From positions 12,205 to 76,204 of IMG/VR virus record IMGVR_UViG_3300037070_006409: DNA of 64,000 bases. One strand, 5' to 3'. Positions 48,483-58,289 of this stretch are shown one piece after another (position 1 is the first letter of the stretch; every line of letters starts with the position of its first letter). The stretch is from a virus. Made by a program: the position numbers and the translations under genes. The notes beneath the pieces are model-generated. The model was not told the DNA's origin. It did not search any database and saw only the letters and a list, made by a program, of their open reading frames with translations.

Positions 48483-48995
48483 ATGCCTGATCGCTACCGC
48501 CAGCTCTGCCGCCCCGACGCCGACGCCACGCCGGGCGAAATCACTCGCTACCGCCGCGAGGTTACCGCCGCCCTTGAAGCGATCGGTGTCGGCTACGGCG
48601 AGGAGTTTGTAGTGGTCCCGGCTGCCGAGTTCAACCGTCAGCCGAGCCTCGAAGAGGACCGCCTGGGTCCCTTCGCCCGCGACTCCGAGACCAGCCGGCA
48701 GGCCGCGCTCGACGCCTACCCGCGGCAAGGCAGCCAGCGCCACCGCATTCTCCTCGTCTTCGCCCGCCAGGTCCCTCGTGAGACCGCCGCCGGCTACACG
48801 CGCGACGAGCTGGAGGCCTTCACGAGCCTCTCGGGCAACACCATCCGCCCACGTGTGCAGGAGCTGATCGAGGGAGGCTTTCTGACCGAGACCGAGGAGA
48901 CACGGCGGACCCGCTCTGGCTCCGAGGCTACGGTGCTCAAGATCACCCACAAGGGCAGGGCGGAAATTCAAGAGAAGGAGACGGTTAGTGTCTGA
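48483..48995 (+). CDS. Winged-HTH protein
   Basis: ETSRQAA...Q..RIL...GYTRDEL...SGNTIRPRVQELIEGG...E.R.TRSG..A.V. Confidence 0.7.
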   Translation: MPDRYRQLCRPDADATPGEITRYRREVTAALEAIGVGYGEEFVVVPAAEFNRQPSLEEDRLGPFARDSETSRQAALDAYPRQGSQRHRILLVFARQVPRETAAGYTRDELEAFTSLSGNTIRPRVQELIEGGFLTETEETRRTRSGSEATVLKITHKGRAEIQEKETVSV

Positions 48996-50611
48996 GAGCG
49001 AGCAACGCTTCCAGGATGGCGAGTCAGTGCAGCTCGTCAGCCATACCGAGCAGGTGGGCTATGTGGTCGAATACCTCGGCGGCGGCCGCTACGCCGTCAC
49101 CTTCGAGGGCGATGGTGGCGTGCACGAGTACCCCGAGCACTTGCTCCAGCCCTGGGAGGCGGTCGAGGAGGAACGCGACCGCGCCCAGGACGAAGTGCGC
49201 GACCAAGAAGCGATCGCCCAGGTCGCGAAAGAAGACCGCAACCGCTCCGAGCGCACCATCCACCAAATCGAGGGTGTGCTCACCACCTTCGGCGTCCCGA
49301 TCAGCTCACCGCTATCGGACACCATCACCGAGCTACTAGTCGAGCGCGAAGAGTTGCGTCGGCAAATCCAAGACAAACCAACGGAAGGAACCTGAGAGAT
49401 GCGCAAGACCAGTGACGTGACCGATGTCGGCTTCCCCTTCACCGACGACCGGGTGCCGTTCATCCTCATCGTTACCGGCGACAACCTCGTGGATGGACAC
49501 ACGAAGGACGGTCGCGGTTTCGAGCACGCAAGCACCTTCGACAAGAAGCGAGCGCTGATCGAACAGGCAATTCAGCTCAGCGGTGTCGAAGGAGGCGACT
49601 GCTCCTTGCTCGCCGCCTGGCCCGGCGCCAAACGGACTGATGTATTCCTCGTGGACAACTACGACGAGGCCCTGGCGGCGTTCGGCTAAATGCCCGACAG
49701 CACCAAAGACCTGAATCCACTGACCGCCCGCGAGGCGTTGTTGGCGATCCTGCTGGTGATCCAAGACGATCACCGGCAGGTCTCCGGCTACCCGAGCCAT
49801 CTGGAAACCCTGCGGGCGATAGAGCGCCAGGCGCGGGAGGGCCTTGACCGGAGGGGGATGGAGAACTTCGAGCTATCTGACCAGCTCGCAGATCGACTGG
49901 CCGAAGCGCACGCCGCCCTTCGCGAGAGCGGAAATTGGGAGACCGATCACGAGACCGCAGAGATGATCGCGAAAGCCCTCGCGCTACCCCCCGACCTCGA
50001 AGCAATGGTCGAGAGGAGGATCGGCCTGCGATGAGGCTGCTTGGATTCGAGTTGACTTTGCGCGCTCGGCGGCTGCCACCACCACCACCGAGCCGCATCG
50101 TCATTCCCTTGGTTCGTTTGCGGGACGTGCCCGCCCGCAGCTACTCGGTGCCAGCCGAGACGGTCGGCGTTGTCGAAGACACGACCGACGTGGGGCATTT
50201 CATTAGCTGGTCAACAGGGGGCAGCTCCGGACCAATCCTTGACGAGGACTTGGTGCGGCTCGGTGAGGTATCGGTGTCATTGAAGGGCGCTGGGGGGGAA
50301 CCGTGATCGGTAGGTGCTATCGCTGGCGCTCCGGTGCCTGCTCGGAAGGGCTGTGGAGGGTCGTCTGTCGGTGGCGCTGGCCGCAGAAGGGCGACCCGCT
50401 CACCTTCGTGCACCCCGTGACCAGCCAGGTACAGCTCGGCCACCCCGGCCAGGTCGGCCTCACTACTTTCGGCGACGACGGCCAACAAACTGAGTGGGAG
50501 CCGAGGCCCAGAGCCACCCTCAAGAACGTCGCCGTGAGGAATATCGAGACGGGGGAGCTGATGATCCGGCCCTGGTACCCGGCACCCCGCCAAGTGGAGT
50601 GCTCGGCATGA
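48988..50611 (+). other. Cluster of small hypothetical ORFs (48988-49395, 49399-49689, 49690-50034, ~50031-50306, 50303-50611)
   Basis: Contiguous coupled ORFs; no family recognised. Confidence 0.55.
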
Positions 50612-50636
50612 CTCGCGAAGCACTACGCGACTTCTG

Positions 50637-51236
50637 ATGACTCGATCCGAAAAAGTGAGCGAAGCCCAAGAGCTTCGCAAGGGGGGAGCGAGGATCGGCG
50701 AGATCGCGAAGGTCATGGGCATCCCGATCTCAACCGCTGGCAATTATCTATCTGACCCCGATGGCTCTAAGGCCAAAGCCCGCAAGGACAGCTATCGAGG
50801 CACCTGCAAGGCCTGTGGCGCTAGCACTGACGGTTCTAATGGCACTGCACAAGCTCCAGACCGCTGTATCGAATGCGAGCTAAAAAGCCGGGCAGACCAT
50901 GAGAGAAACGGTCAACTGCTCCAGCTATGGAACAGAGGTCTCTCGGCTGCTGAAATAGGCGAGAAAATGGGACTGTCCTCTCAGCAGGTCATTGCTATAG
51001 CTACTTACCTCCGAAATAAAGGGCTTGCGATAGAGCGGCGTCAACTCTCGCATGCGCCCGCCGATGTCGAGGCGCGCCATGGGGTCATCACCAAATTGAA
51101 GGAGGGGGGGGCGACCAATGGGGAAATAGCCGACTTCCTAGGGACCACCCCTGATTCAGTGAGGATGATGCTCTGTCGGATGCGAGTCAGGAAAAAAGGC
51201 CCGGTCGCCCAAGAGGGTGAGTACGGTGGATCTTGA
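50637..51236 (+). CDS. Multi-HTH + CxxC DNA-binding protein in an AT-richer segment
   Basis: Three HTH-like repeats (IGEIAKVMGI, AAEIGEKMGLS, NGEIADFLGTT) and CKAC/CIEC. Confidence 0.65.
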   Translation: MTRSEKVSEAQELRKGGARIGEIAKVMGIPISTAGNYLSDPDGSKAKARKDSYRGTCKACGASTDGSNGTAQAPDRCIECELKSRADHERNGQLLQLWNRGLSAAEIGEKMGLSSQQVIAIATYLRNKGLAIERRQLSHAPADVEARHGVITKLKEGGATNGEIADFLGTTPDSVRMMLCRMRVRKKGPVAQEGEYGGS

Positions 51237-54200
51237 CGAGGGCGTCTGCGCCGACTGCGGTAAGCCCCTCGGTGCGCGGGTGAATTGGTGCCTCGCCGGT
51301 AACGGCCGCGCCTACCACAACGACTGCGAGCCAGGGCCAGAGCCGGAGCCGCGCGAGGAACCGGAGGAGAGCCTGACCGAGCACGCCGAACGAGTCGCCC
51401 GTCGGGCCATCCACGGCCCCGGCTCTCGAGCCCTTGAGGAGGACCAGGCGTGATTCCCGAGGTCCGCCGCGACGACGGCACGATCGTCGGCCGCTCTTCG
51501 GGCTGGTCGAAACGCTGGGTGCGTCCGCGGCTCGGCCAGATCTGGCAACGCTTCACCTGCTGGGTCTTCGGCCACGACTGGTCGCCCTGGGAAGAGGACG
51601 ACTACGACGGCCCCGGCGAAGAGCTGGAGGAGGGTGGCTTCATGCCCTTCTGTCGCCGCCTCTCCGCTCCGGGCGGCTACGGAGAACGGACGTGCCGGCG
51701 CTACTGCGGCGTGCACGAGCAGCGCTATCCGATCTCCGACGCGCCGATCAAGTGGGCCGAGAAGGTGATGGCCCAGGCGGCCGAAGTCCATCCGTCCTCG
51801 ATACGCCCTCGCCTTCGAGACGGGAAACAGGCATGATCGAGGTCGAGGACTTCGTGTGCACCACCGGCACTGTGCCGGTCTCCGAATACGGCCGCAGCTT
51901 CAAGGCCTCGCTCTCCTGTGTCCGCGTCGAGTCGATCGAGGGCCAGCAGGCCAAGGTCCGCCGCGGCAACTTCGACGGCGCTGGCCGGTGGGGCATCTAC
52001 CGCCAGCCCCCACTCACGGTCGAGCTGCGTCATCTCAAACGGATCGAGCCGCCGCGGCTCCGGGGCTGATGCGCCGCGACCACCAATCCACCGATTGCAC
52101 CCGCGCACACGACGAGCATCGCGAGTTCCGCGACTGGCCGAAGTCCGCGATCGCCGTGCTGCGCGCCATGTGGTCGGGGGAGTGGATGGACACCGAACAG
52201 ATCGAGGAGGAGAGTCGCATCCTCGGCGAGCGCATCACCTACGCCTCAGCCCGCGGCGGCGCCCGCTGGCTCGTCAGTGATGCACACCCTTCCTACTACC
52301 GCCGCAACCGCTACAAGTCCGGCAGGGGAATCTACGCCGAGGAGTCGGCCCGCCGCGGCCGCGCGATCCAACGACTGACTCCGAGGGGAAAGGAGCTGGC
52401 CGCCCTTTCGCTTCGCATCTTCCCGGCGAGGGACACGCCGATCGAGGTGGCTGGCGATGCCGAGCGCTCACCCCCTGACCCCGTGACGCCCTTGTGGCGA
52501 GTGCTCCACGATCACGGAGAAACCCTCGTCATCGCCGCCGACCGGCAGGCCGCGCTCGCCCTCTTCGAGCGTGAGACCGAGGAAGTGCCTAGTCGGGCAG
52601 AGCCGATCGACACCTCGGCACCGATGCTCCTCAACTGGACGATGTGCTGATGGGCAGGGCGAAACCGAAAGCGCGCGAGACCTCGCCGTCGATGGTCCCG
52701 GTTGGCTGGGAGATCTACGACGAGGAGAGCAAAACCTGGCTGACCGTGAAGACGAAGGACTACAGAACCGCGTGGGTCAAGTTCCGCGTCGAGGGCCGCG
52801 ACGAGGAGCTGGCGGTCTCCTTCTTCGCACGGGTGAAAGTGCGGCCGCCAGCATGAGCGCGATCGTCATCTTGCAGACGCCTGTCGAGCGCCACGTCGAG
52901 AATCACCTCTACGGCGGCGCCCGGCCCGGCGAACGGAAGGCGCTCTGCCCGCGCTACTTCGGCGCCGATCCCGAGTGCAAGCGCGTGGCCGTGCTCCGCA
53001 TCCCGACCACCGCGGTCTGCCCGGAGTGCGTCGCCCGCGCTCGCCACTGGTATGCCCCGAGCTACTTCGAGCCGTTTGATCGTGTGCAACGCCGCCGGCT
53101 GCTCGCGAACCTGGCCCGCGACCTAGGGGAGGTTGATCGACGTGGATAGCGGAGACCTGGAGCCACGCGTTGCCGACACCGAGGTAGTCCTAGAGGGCCT
53201 CACCTTCGGCGATGCCTGCATGGCGGTCGGGTTGATCCAGGCGCTCCTCGGCTTCATGGACGACAGGAAGATGCAGGGCAGCGTTGCCTACTCGACGGCA
53301 GCGAATACGAGGGACAAAGTAGAGGCGTCGGTGGCGGAGGCAGCCGTGGTTGCCGGTATGCAGCCCGGCGACGCCCGCCACGCCTTCGAGGACCTCAAAG
53401 CCCAGCTTGCGATCTTCCACCAAGACGACCGCTGACCGAGCAGCTAGATTCCTGCCATGCCGAACCTCCCGACGCCCCGTTGCCCTGCCGCCGAACTCCT
53501 GGCAGGGCCTCCGTCGAAGGGGCCGTCGGTCGTCTGTCGGGTGATGAAGCTCCAGGCCGAGCAGGCCGACAAGGTGTTGGAGGGGATGGTCGGTGGCGTC
53601 CTCATCACCGACCGCGACAACCCCTCGACGCTTCGCGGTTTCTGCTGCGGCAAGGGCTGGCCGAAGATGTATGAGGGCCAGTCAGCGCGCGGCCATCATA
53701 CTTTCTGCCCGGTGTGGGAGGCCGCCGAACAGGTCGAGCACGAACGCCGCGAAGCCAGCCAGCCAGTCTTCCCCGCCCCCGAGAAGCCGAAGATCCTCGG
53801 CATCGACAAGGAGGTGGAGGCGGACCTGCTCGGCATCGACGTGGAGCAGGTGCCCGACCGCCCGGCCTTCGAGCCACAGACGACGACTGGCGTCGCTGCG
53901 ATGGAGGAGGTCGCTGACCCCGACGGTGAGTGGAAGGAGGACGAGTGACCGAGCTACCGATGTTCGTCAATGGCGAGCGGATAGGGGTAGTGCAGGTGGT
54001 CGAGATCGACCAACGGACCTTCGAGGTGACCGGGGAGGTCACCTTTGACGAGGGATATGAGGCTTTGGCTGAGGCACTCGGTGTTGGCGCGAATGTCACC
54101 CTGGAGTTCCAGCATCCGGCAGGAAGATCCGCAGGATGATGGAGCACGCCAAACTCGTCGGTGGCCCCGCGGATGGCCGCAAGCTCGTGGTCAAGGACAG

Positions 54201-54698
54201 CCCGCCATTCATCACCGTCGCAGCCCGCGAGCGCAACGAGCATGATCGTCCGCATCGTCGCCGTCGCCACGAAGGCAAGCGCGACTGTCGCTACCGGCGC
54301 ACCGACCGCGGCACCGGCTCTGGCCTGATCCCGAAGTGCTACGAGTATGCAGGCGCCCCATGAGGGCGCTAACCATGCGTCAGCAGTGGATACTCGCGCA
54401 CGTTCGCGACAACCCCGGCCTGACCTTGAAGGAGATTGCCGAGCAGTCGCCAATAGACCTCAACCGCACGGCTGAATGGTATGAACGCTTCCCGCGTGAT
54501 CGTGACCTCGGCTTCGAGTTGACGGTCCTCTGCTATGGAACCGCAGCCCCGGCGATGCGCCAGCTCCTCGACCGCGGCCTGATCCGCCGTGAGGGCAGTG
54601 GAACCAAGGACAACCCCTACCGGCATCACCTTGTCTCGATGCCTCGTCAGCTCGACCCGCTGGAGCAGGCCTTCGCCTCCGAGGCAGCAGTGCGATGA
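51226..54698 (+). other. Cluster of small hypothetical ORFs (about 51226-51453, 51450-51836, 51833-52069, 52069-52650, 52650-52856, 52853-53149, 53133-53435, 53457-53948, 53945-54139, 54136-54363, 54360-54698)
   Basis: Chain of ATGA/GTGA/TGATG-coupled ORFs, several with CxxC motifs; no family recognised. Confidence 0.55.
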
Positions 54699-54865
54699 AG
54701 CGACGCCGACACGAAGATCGGATCGCCGGGGTCAACCGGCGGATCACCGAGCAGGAGTCGCTCCGCAAATCGCGAAGTGAGGCTCGTGGACGCAACCACC
54801 AAGCTCCGCAAGCACCGAGAATCAGCTCGACCACGCCGTCGGCGACCCGGTAGCTTCGCGCCCCG

Positions 54866-55894
54866 ATGAGCAAGGGGCGAGACAGCGAGAAGGAGCGCGA
54901 AGAAGCCCTCGAAGGTGCGCTCGATCAGATCGAGCGCGACCACGGCAGCGGGGCGGTAATGCGCCTCGGCACCGACGAGACGATCAAGGTGCCAGCGATC
55001 CCGACCGGCTCCCTCGCGCTCGATATGGCCCTCGGCATCGGTGGCTACCCCCGCGGGCGGATCGTGGAGATCTTCGGCCCCGAGTCCTCGGGCAAGACGA
55101 CGCTTATCTACCACGTCATCGCCCAGGCCCAGGCCCGCAAGGGCACCTGCGCCTTCATCGACACCGAGCACGCGATCGACCCGACCTACGCCCGAGCGAT
55201 CGGCGTGGACACCGACGCCCTGCTCGTCTCCCAGCCCGACTACGGCGAGCAGGCCCTCCAGATCGCCGACCGGCTCATCTCCTCCTCGGCGCTCGACGTG
55301 ATCGCGATCGACTCCGTGGCCGCACTCGTGCCGAAGGCCGAGCTGGACGGCCAGATCGGCGACACCACGGTCGGCCTCCAAGCTCGCTTGATGAGCCAGG
55401 CCATGCGCAAGCTCGCCGGCAACGTCAGCCGCTCGGGCACGATCGCCATCTTCACCAACCAGCTTCGTGAAAAGGTCGGCGTGCACTTCGGTAACCCCGA
55501 GACCCAACCCGGCGGCCGCGCGCTCAAGTTCTACTCCTCGCAGCGCCTCGACATCCGCCGCATCGAGACGCTCAGGGACGGCAGCGAGGCGGTCGCCTCT
55601 CGCGTCCGGGTCAAAGTCGTCAAGAACAAGGTCGCCGCCCCGCACCGCCAGGCCGAGTTCGACATCGAGTACGGCACCGGGGTCTCGCGGCAAGGGGAGC
55701 TGATCGACTACGGGATCGAGCAGGGCATCATCCGCAAGTCGGGGGCGTTCTTCTCCTACGGCGAGACACGGCTCGGCCAGGGTCGAGCCAACGCCAAGGT
55801 CTTCCTCGCCGAGAACACCGAGCTGGCCGCCGAGATCGAAACGCAGATCCGCAGCGCCCTAGACATCCCAACCTACGAACCGAGAGGAGTCTGA
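54866..55894 (+). CDS. recA: Recombinase RecA
   Basis: [88 protein letters not shown]. Confidence 0.98.
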   Translation: MSKGRDSEKEREEALEGALDQIERDHGSGAVMRLGTDETIKVPAIPTGSLALDMALGIGGYPRGRIVEIFGPESSGKTTLIYHVIAQAQARKGTCAFIDTEHAIDPTYARAIGVDTDALLVSQPDYGEQALQIADRLISSSALDVIAIDSVAALVPKAELDGQIGDTTVGLQARLMSQAMRKLAGNVSRSGTIAIFTNQLREKVGVHFGNPETQPGGRALKFYSSQRLDIRRIETLRDGSEAVASRVRVKVVKNKVAAPHRQAEFDIEYGTGVSRQGELIDYGIEQGIIRKSGAFFSYGETRLGQGRANAKVFLAENTELAAEIETQIRSALDIPTYEPRGV

Positions 55895-55896
55895 GT

Positions 55897-56106
55897 TTGT
55901 CCGTCATCTCACCACCCGAACCGACCATCAGCGAGCGCGAGGTTGTGACCGCTGAGTGCCCCCACTGCGACGAGACGACCGTGCAGGTTGAAGGCGGCCA
56001 CGGCGTCGAAAACGATGCAGGCAACGGCAGTCGCGCGTGTCTCCAGTGCATCGCTGACGGCGGCACCTGCTGCTCCCTCGCTCCGCTCAACCGACAAGCT
56101 ATTTAG
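55897..56106 (+). CDS. Small zinc-finger protein; the true start may be internal
   Basis: CPHC and CLQC; a CACCACCCGA leader box at 55910-55919 lies inside the called ORF. Confidence 0.45.
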   Translation: MSVISPPEPTISEREVVTAECPHCDETTVQVEGGHGVENDAGNGSRACLQCIADGGTCCSLAPLNRQAI

Positions 56107-56158
56107 GTGGGCGGGACCTCGCGGGGTCGAGTAGTCTTCCCCGCCGAGGCTCGGTCGC

Positions 56159-56186
56159 AACGCCCCTGGATTTTCCGGGGGCGTTT
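56159..56186 (+). terminator. Terminator-like hairpin before the portal gene
   Basis: AACGCCCCTGGA...TCCGGGGGCGTT followed by T. Confidence 0.6.
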
Positions 56187-56234
56187 GCGTTCAAGGGACA
56201 CCGGGGTCCCCGCTAGCCGCTACCGTTCTCGCTG

Positions 56235-58289
56235 ATGGGCGTCGCCGACACCTTCCGCGAACGGCTGACCGGGGTCCTAGAGGATTGGACAGGCATAACC
56301 GTCGCTCCCGTCCACGAAGTCACTGGCCTCCGCGAGCAGGCCGAACACATGGGCTACTTCCTCGATGAAGTCGAGGACCTCGCCATCTCGGTGATGGACT
56401 ACTCCAACGGCCGCCCGCATGAGGTGCAGGCCGCCCACCGTCGCCGCCTCGCCCAGCAGTCGCGGATCGCCCTGATGCACGACCCCCTGGCCGGCGCCGA
56501 GGCCACGCTCCGATCCAACTTCGCCTTCGGCCGCGGGATCTCCAAGCCGCAGGCCAAGGACCCCGAGGTGCAGAAGATCATCGACGCCGCCTGGTCGAAC
56601 CCGAACAACGAACGCAAGCTGACCGGGTTCGAGGCTCAGCGACATCGCTCCAACGAGATGCTCACCACCGCCAACCTCTTCCCCACCCTCTACAGCGCTA
56701 ACGGCAAGATCAGGGTCGGCTTCCGGGACGCCGACGACGTGACCGATGTCGTCTGCGATCCCGAAGACGACGAGACTCCACTGTGGTACGTCGTCCGCAA
56801 GCGCAAGGCAGAGTGGGACTTCGGCCTCCACCAGTACAAGCCGGTGCTCGGCTACGAGCTGGAGAACGGCACCGAGAAGGTGTGGTACGTCCCCCACTGG
56901 CGCAACGTCGAGGACCTGGAACGCTGGTCGAAAGAGGTCGGCGAGCAGGCCCCGCCCCGTCCCGACAAGGGCCACATCCTCCCCGGCGCCGTCGAGCACT
57001 TCCGCATCAACCGGATCGGGCGCTCGCAGTTCGGGACGCCACCGTGGGCGCGCACGCTTCGCTTCTACACGGCGATCAACCAGCTCACCGAGGCCCAGGT
57101 GCAGATGCGCCAGGGTGCCGCCTCGATCATCGCCCAGCGGATGCGCCGCTCTGGCGGCGACCGGAAACTGATGAAAAACGTCTCCCAGGTGATGAACCGG
57201 GCTGGCGAGATCGGCTCCGCCACCTTCCGCCGGCAGACTCAGGGCGGGCCACCCGAACCCACCGGCCCCGGCACCCAACCCGGCCCGCGCGAAGCGGTGC
57301 CGCCGCCAGGAGCCGGGTCGTGGTGGGACGGCTATGAGCACGACAAGATCGAGGCCGTCAACCTCCGCTCGGGTGCCGGCGAGGCTCTCCAGGACGCCCA
57401 GATCGTTCGCGCACCGATCTCGGCCGCCTCGGGCTTCGGCCAGCATTACCTCGGCGACCCCTCGAACACCAACCTGGCGACGGCGACCACGCTGGAGCTG
57501 CCGACGCTCATGGAGGTCGGCGCCTGGCAGGAGACCTTCGAGCAGCTCTACTGCTGGTTCACCGACCGAGTGGTCGAGGCGGCGGTGCACGCTGGCCTCC
57601 TCGGCGGCATGATCTCCGAGGAAGAGACTCTCGATCCACGCAGCCTCGGCGAACTGCACATCCGCGAGGACCGCGAGGAGATGGAACAGCGCACCGGGCG
57701 CGACCTCTCCTACACCTTCCAGATGCCCTACCCCGGCCGACGCAACCTGCCGGACGTGACCTCGGCCGTCTCCGCCGTGCTGGTCACCCTCGACCCCGCC
57801 GGTCGCAATTGGGCGCTGCGGGAGCGGATGGCCGACTTCCTCTTCCGCCACGGCTTCGAGTCCGAGGACCCCGCCAGCGATGTCGAGGAAATCCTCAAGG
57901 AAGCTCGCCGCATCCAGAAGGAGGAAGACGCCAAGGCGCAGGCCATGTTCGCCGCGAGCGGTGGCGGTGGGTCTATCCCCCCGACGGGACCTCCCGAAGA
58001 AGACGGCGAAGGCTCCAAAGGAACCGAAGGCTCCAGCCAGTACGGCGAGCGACGCAAACGCACCCCGCCGACTCGCGATATGGGCGGCGGCCCGCGCACG
58101 AAAGAGGTGCTGCGAGAGGGCATCAGCGACCCGACCGAGTTCAACGACGCGATCACCGCGGCACTCATCGCCGACGCCCGCGAAGCCTGGCAGCAAGGCC
58201 TCACGGACCCGGCACTGCTGAGCCGCGGGCGTCCAACCAACGGCAACGGTGCCTCAACCTCGCCGCCAAGCTCGGCCGGCCCGCTCTAG
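56235..58289 (+). CDS. Portal protein
   Basis: DPLAG.......NF.FGRGI......VQ.IID..W.NP.N, FRINR, A.DA......I.A.SG...HYLGD....NLATAT..ELP; precedes a MuF-like gene. Confidence 0.75.
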   Translation: MGVADTFRERLTGVLEDWTGITVAPVHEVTGLREQAEHMGYFLDEVEDLAISVMDYSNGRPHEVQAAHRRRLAQQSRIALMHDPLAGAEATLRSNFAFGRGISKPQAKDPEVQKIIDAAWSNPNNERKLTGFEAQRHRSNEMLTTANLFPTLYSANGKIRVGFRDADDVTDVVCDPEDDETPLWYVVRKRKAEWDFGLHQYKPVLGYELENGTEKVWYVPHWRNVEDLERWSKEVGEQAPPRPDKGHILPGAVEHFRINRIGRSQFGTPPWARTLRFYTAINQLTEAQVQMRQGAASIIAQRMRRSGGDRKLMKNVSQVMNRAGEIGSATFRRQTQGGPPEPTGPGTQPGPREAVPPPGAGSWWDGYEHDKIEAVNLRSGAGEALQDAQIVRAPISAASGFGQHYLGDPSNTNLATATTLELPTLMEVGAWQETFEQLYCWFTDRVVEAAVHAGLLGGMISEEETLDPRSLGELHIREDREEMEQRTGRDLSYTFQMPYPGRRNLPDVTSAVSAVLVTLDPAGRNWALRERMADFLFRHGFESEDPASDVEEILKEARRIQKEEDAKAQAMFAASGGGGSIPPTGPPEEDGEGSKGTEGSSQYGERRKRTPPTRDMGGGPRTKEVLREGISDPTEFNDAITAALIADAREAWQQGLTDPALLSRGRPTNGNGASTSPPSSAGPL

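Noticed and set aside
28806-51110. Other homopolymer runs (C9 near 28806, C8 near 31551, G8 near 51104) as phase-variation sites
   Set aside because: The reading frames pass through them intact and encode Pro or Gly runs.
46065-55894. recA, mIHF-like and ku as host chromosomal sequence
   Set aside because: They lie in phage-style coupled operons sharing the phage regulatory motifs, with no neighbouring housekeeping genes.
5915-58196. Long minus-strand ORFs such as 5915-6985, 10229-11539, 14419-15858, 17867-19240, 41960-44098, 54647-55693 and 56277-58196
   Set aside because: They are antisense shadows of strongly GC3-biased + strand genes, with no motifs or RBS. This contrasts with 58864-59601, which has nuclease motifs and an RBS.
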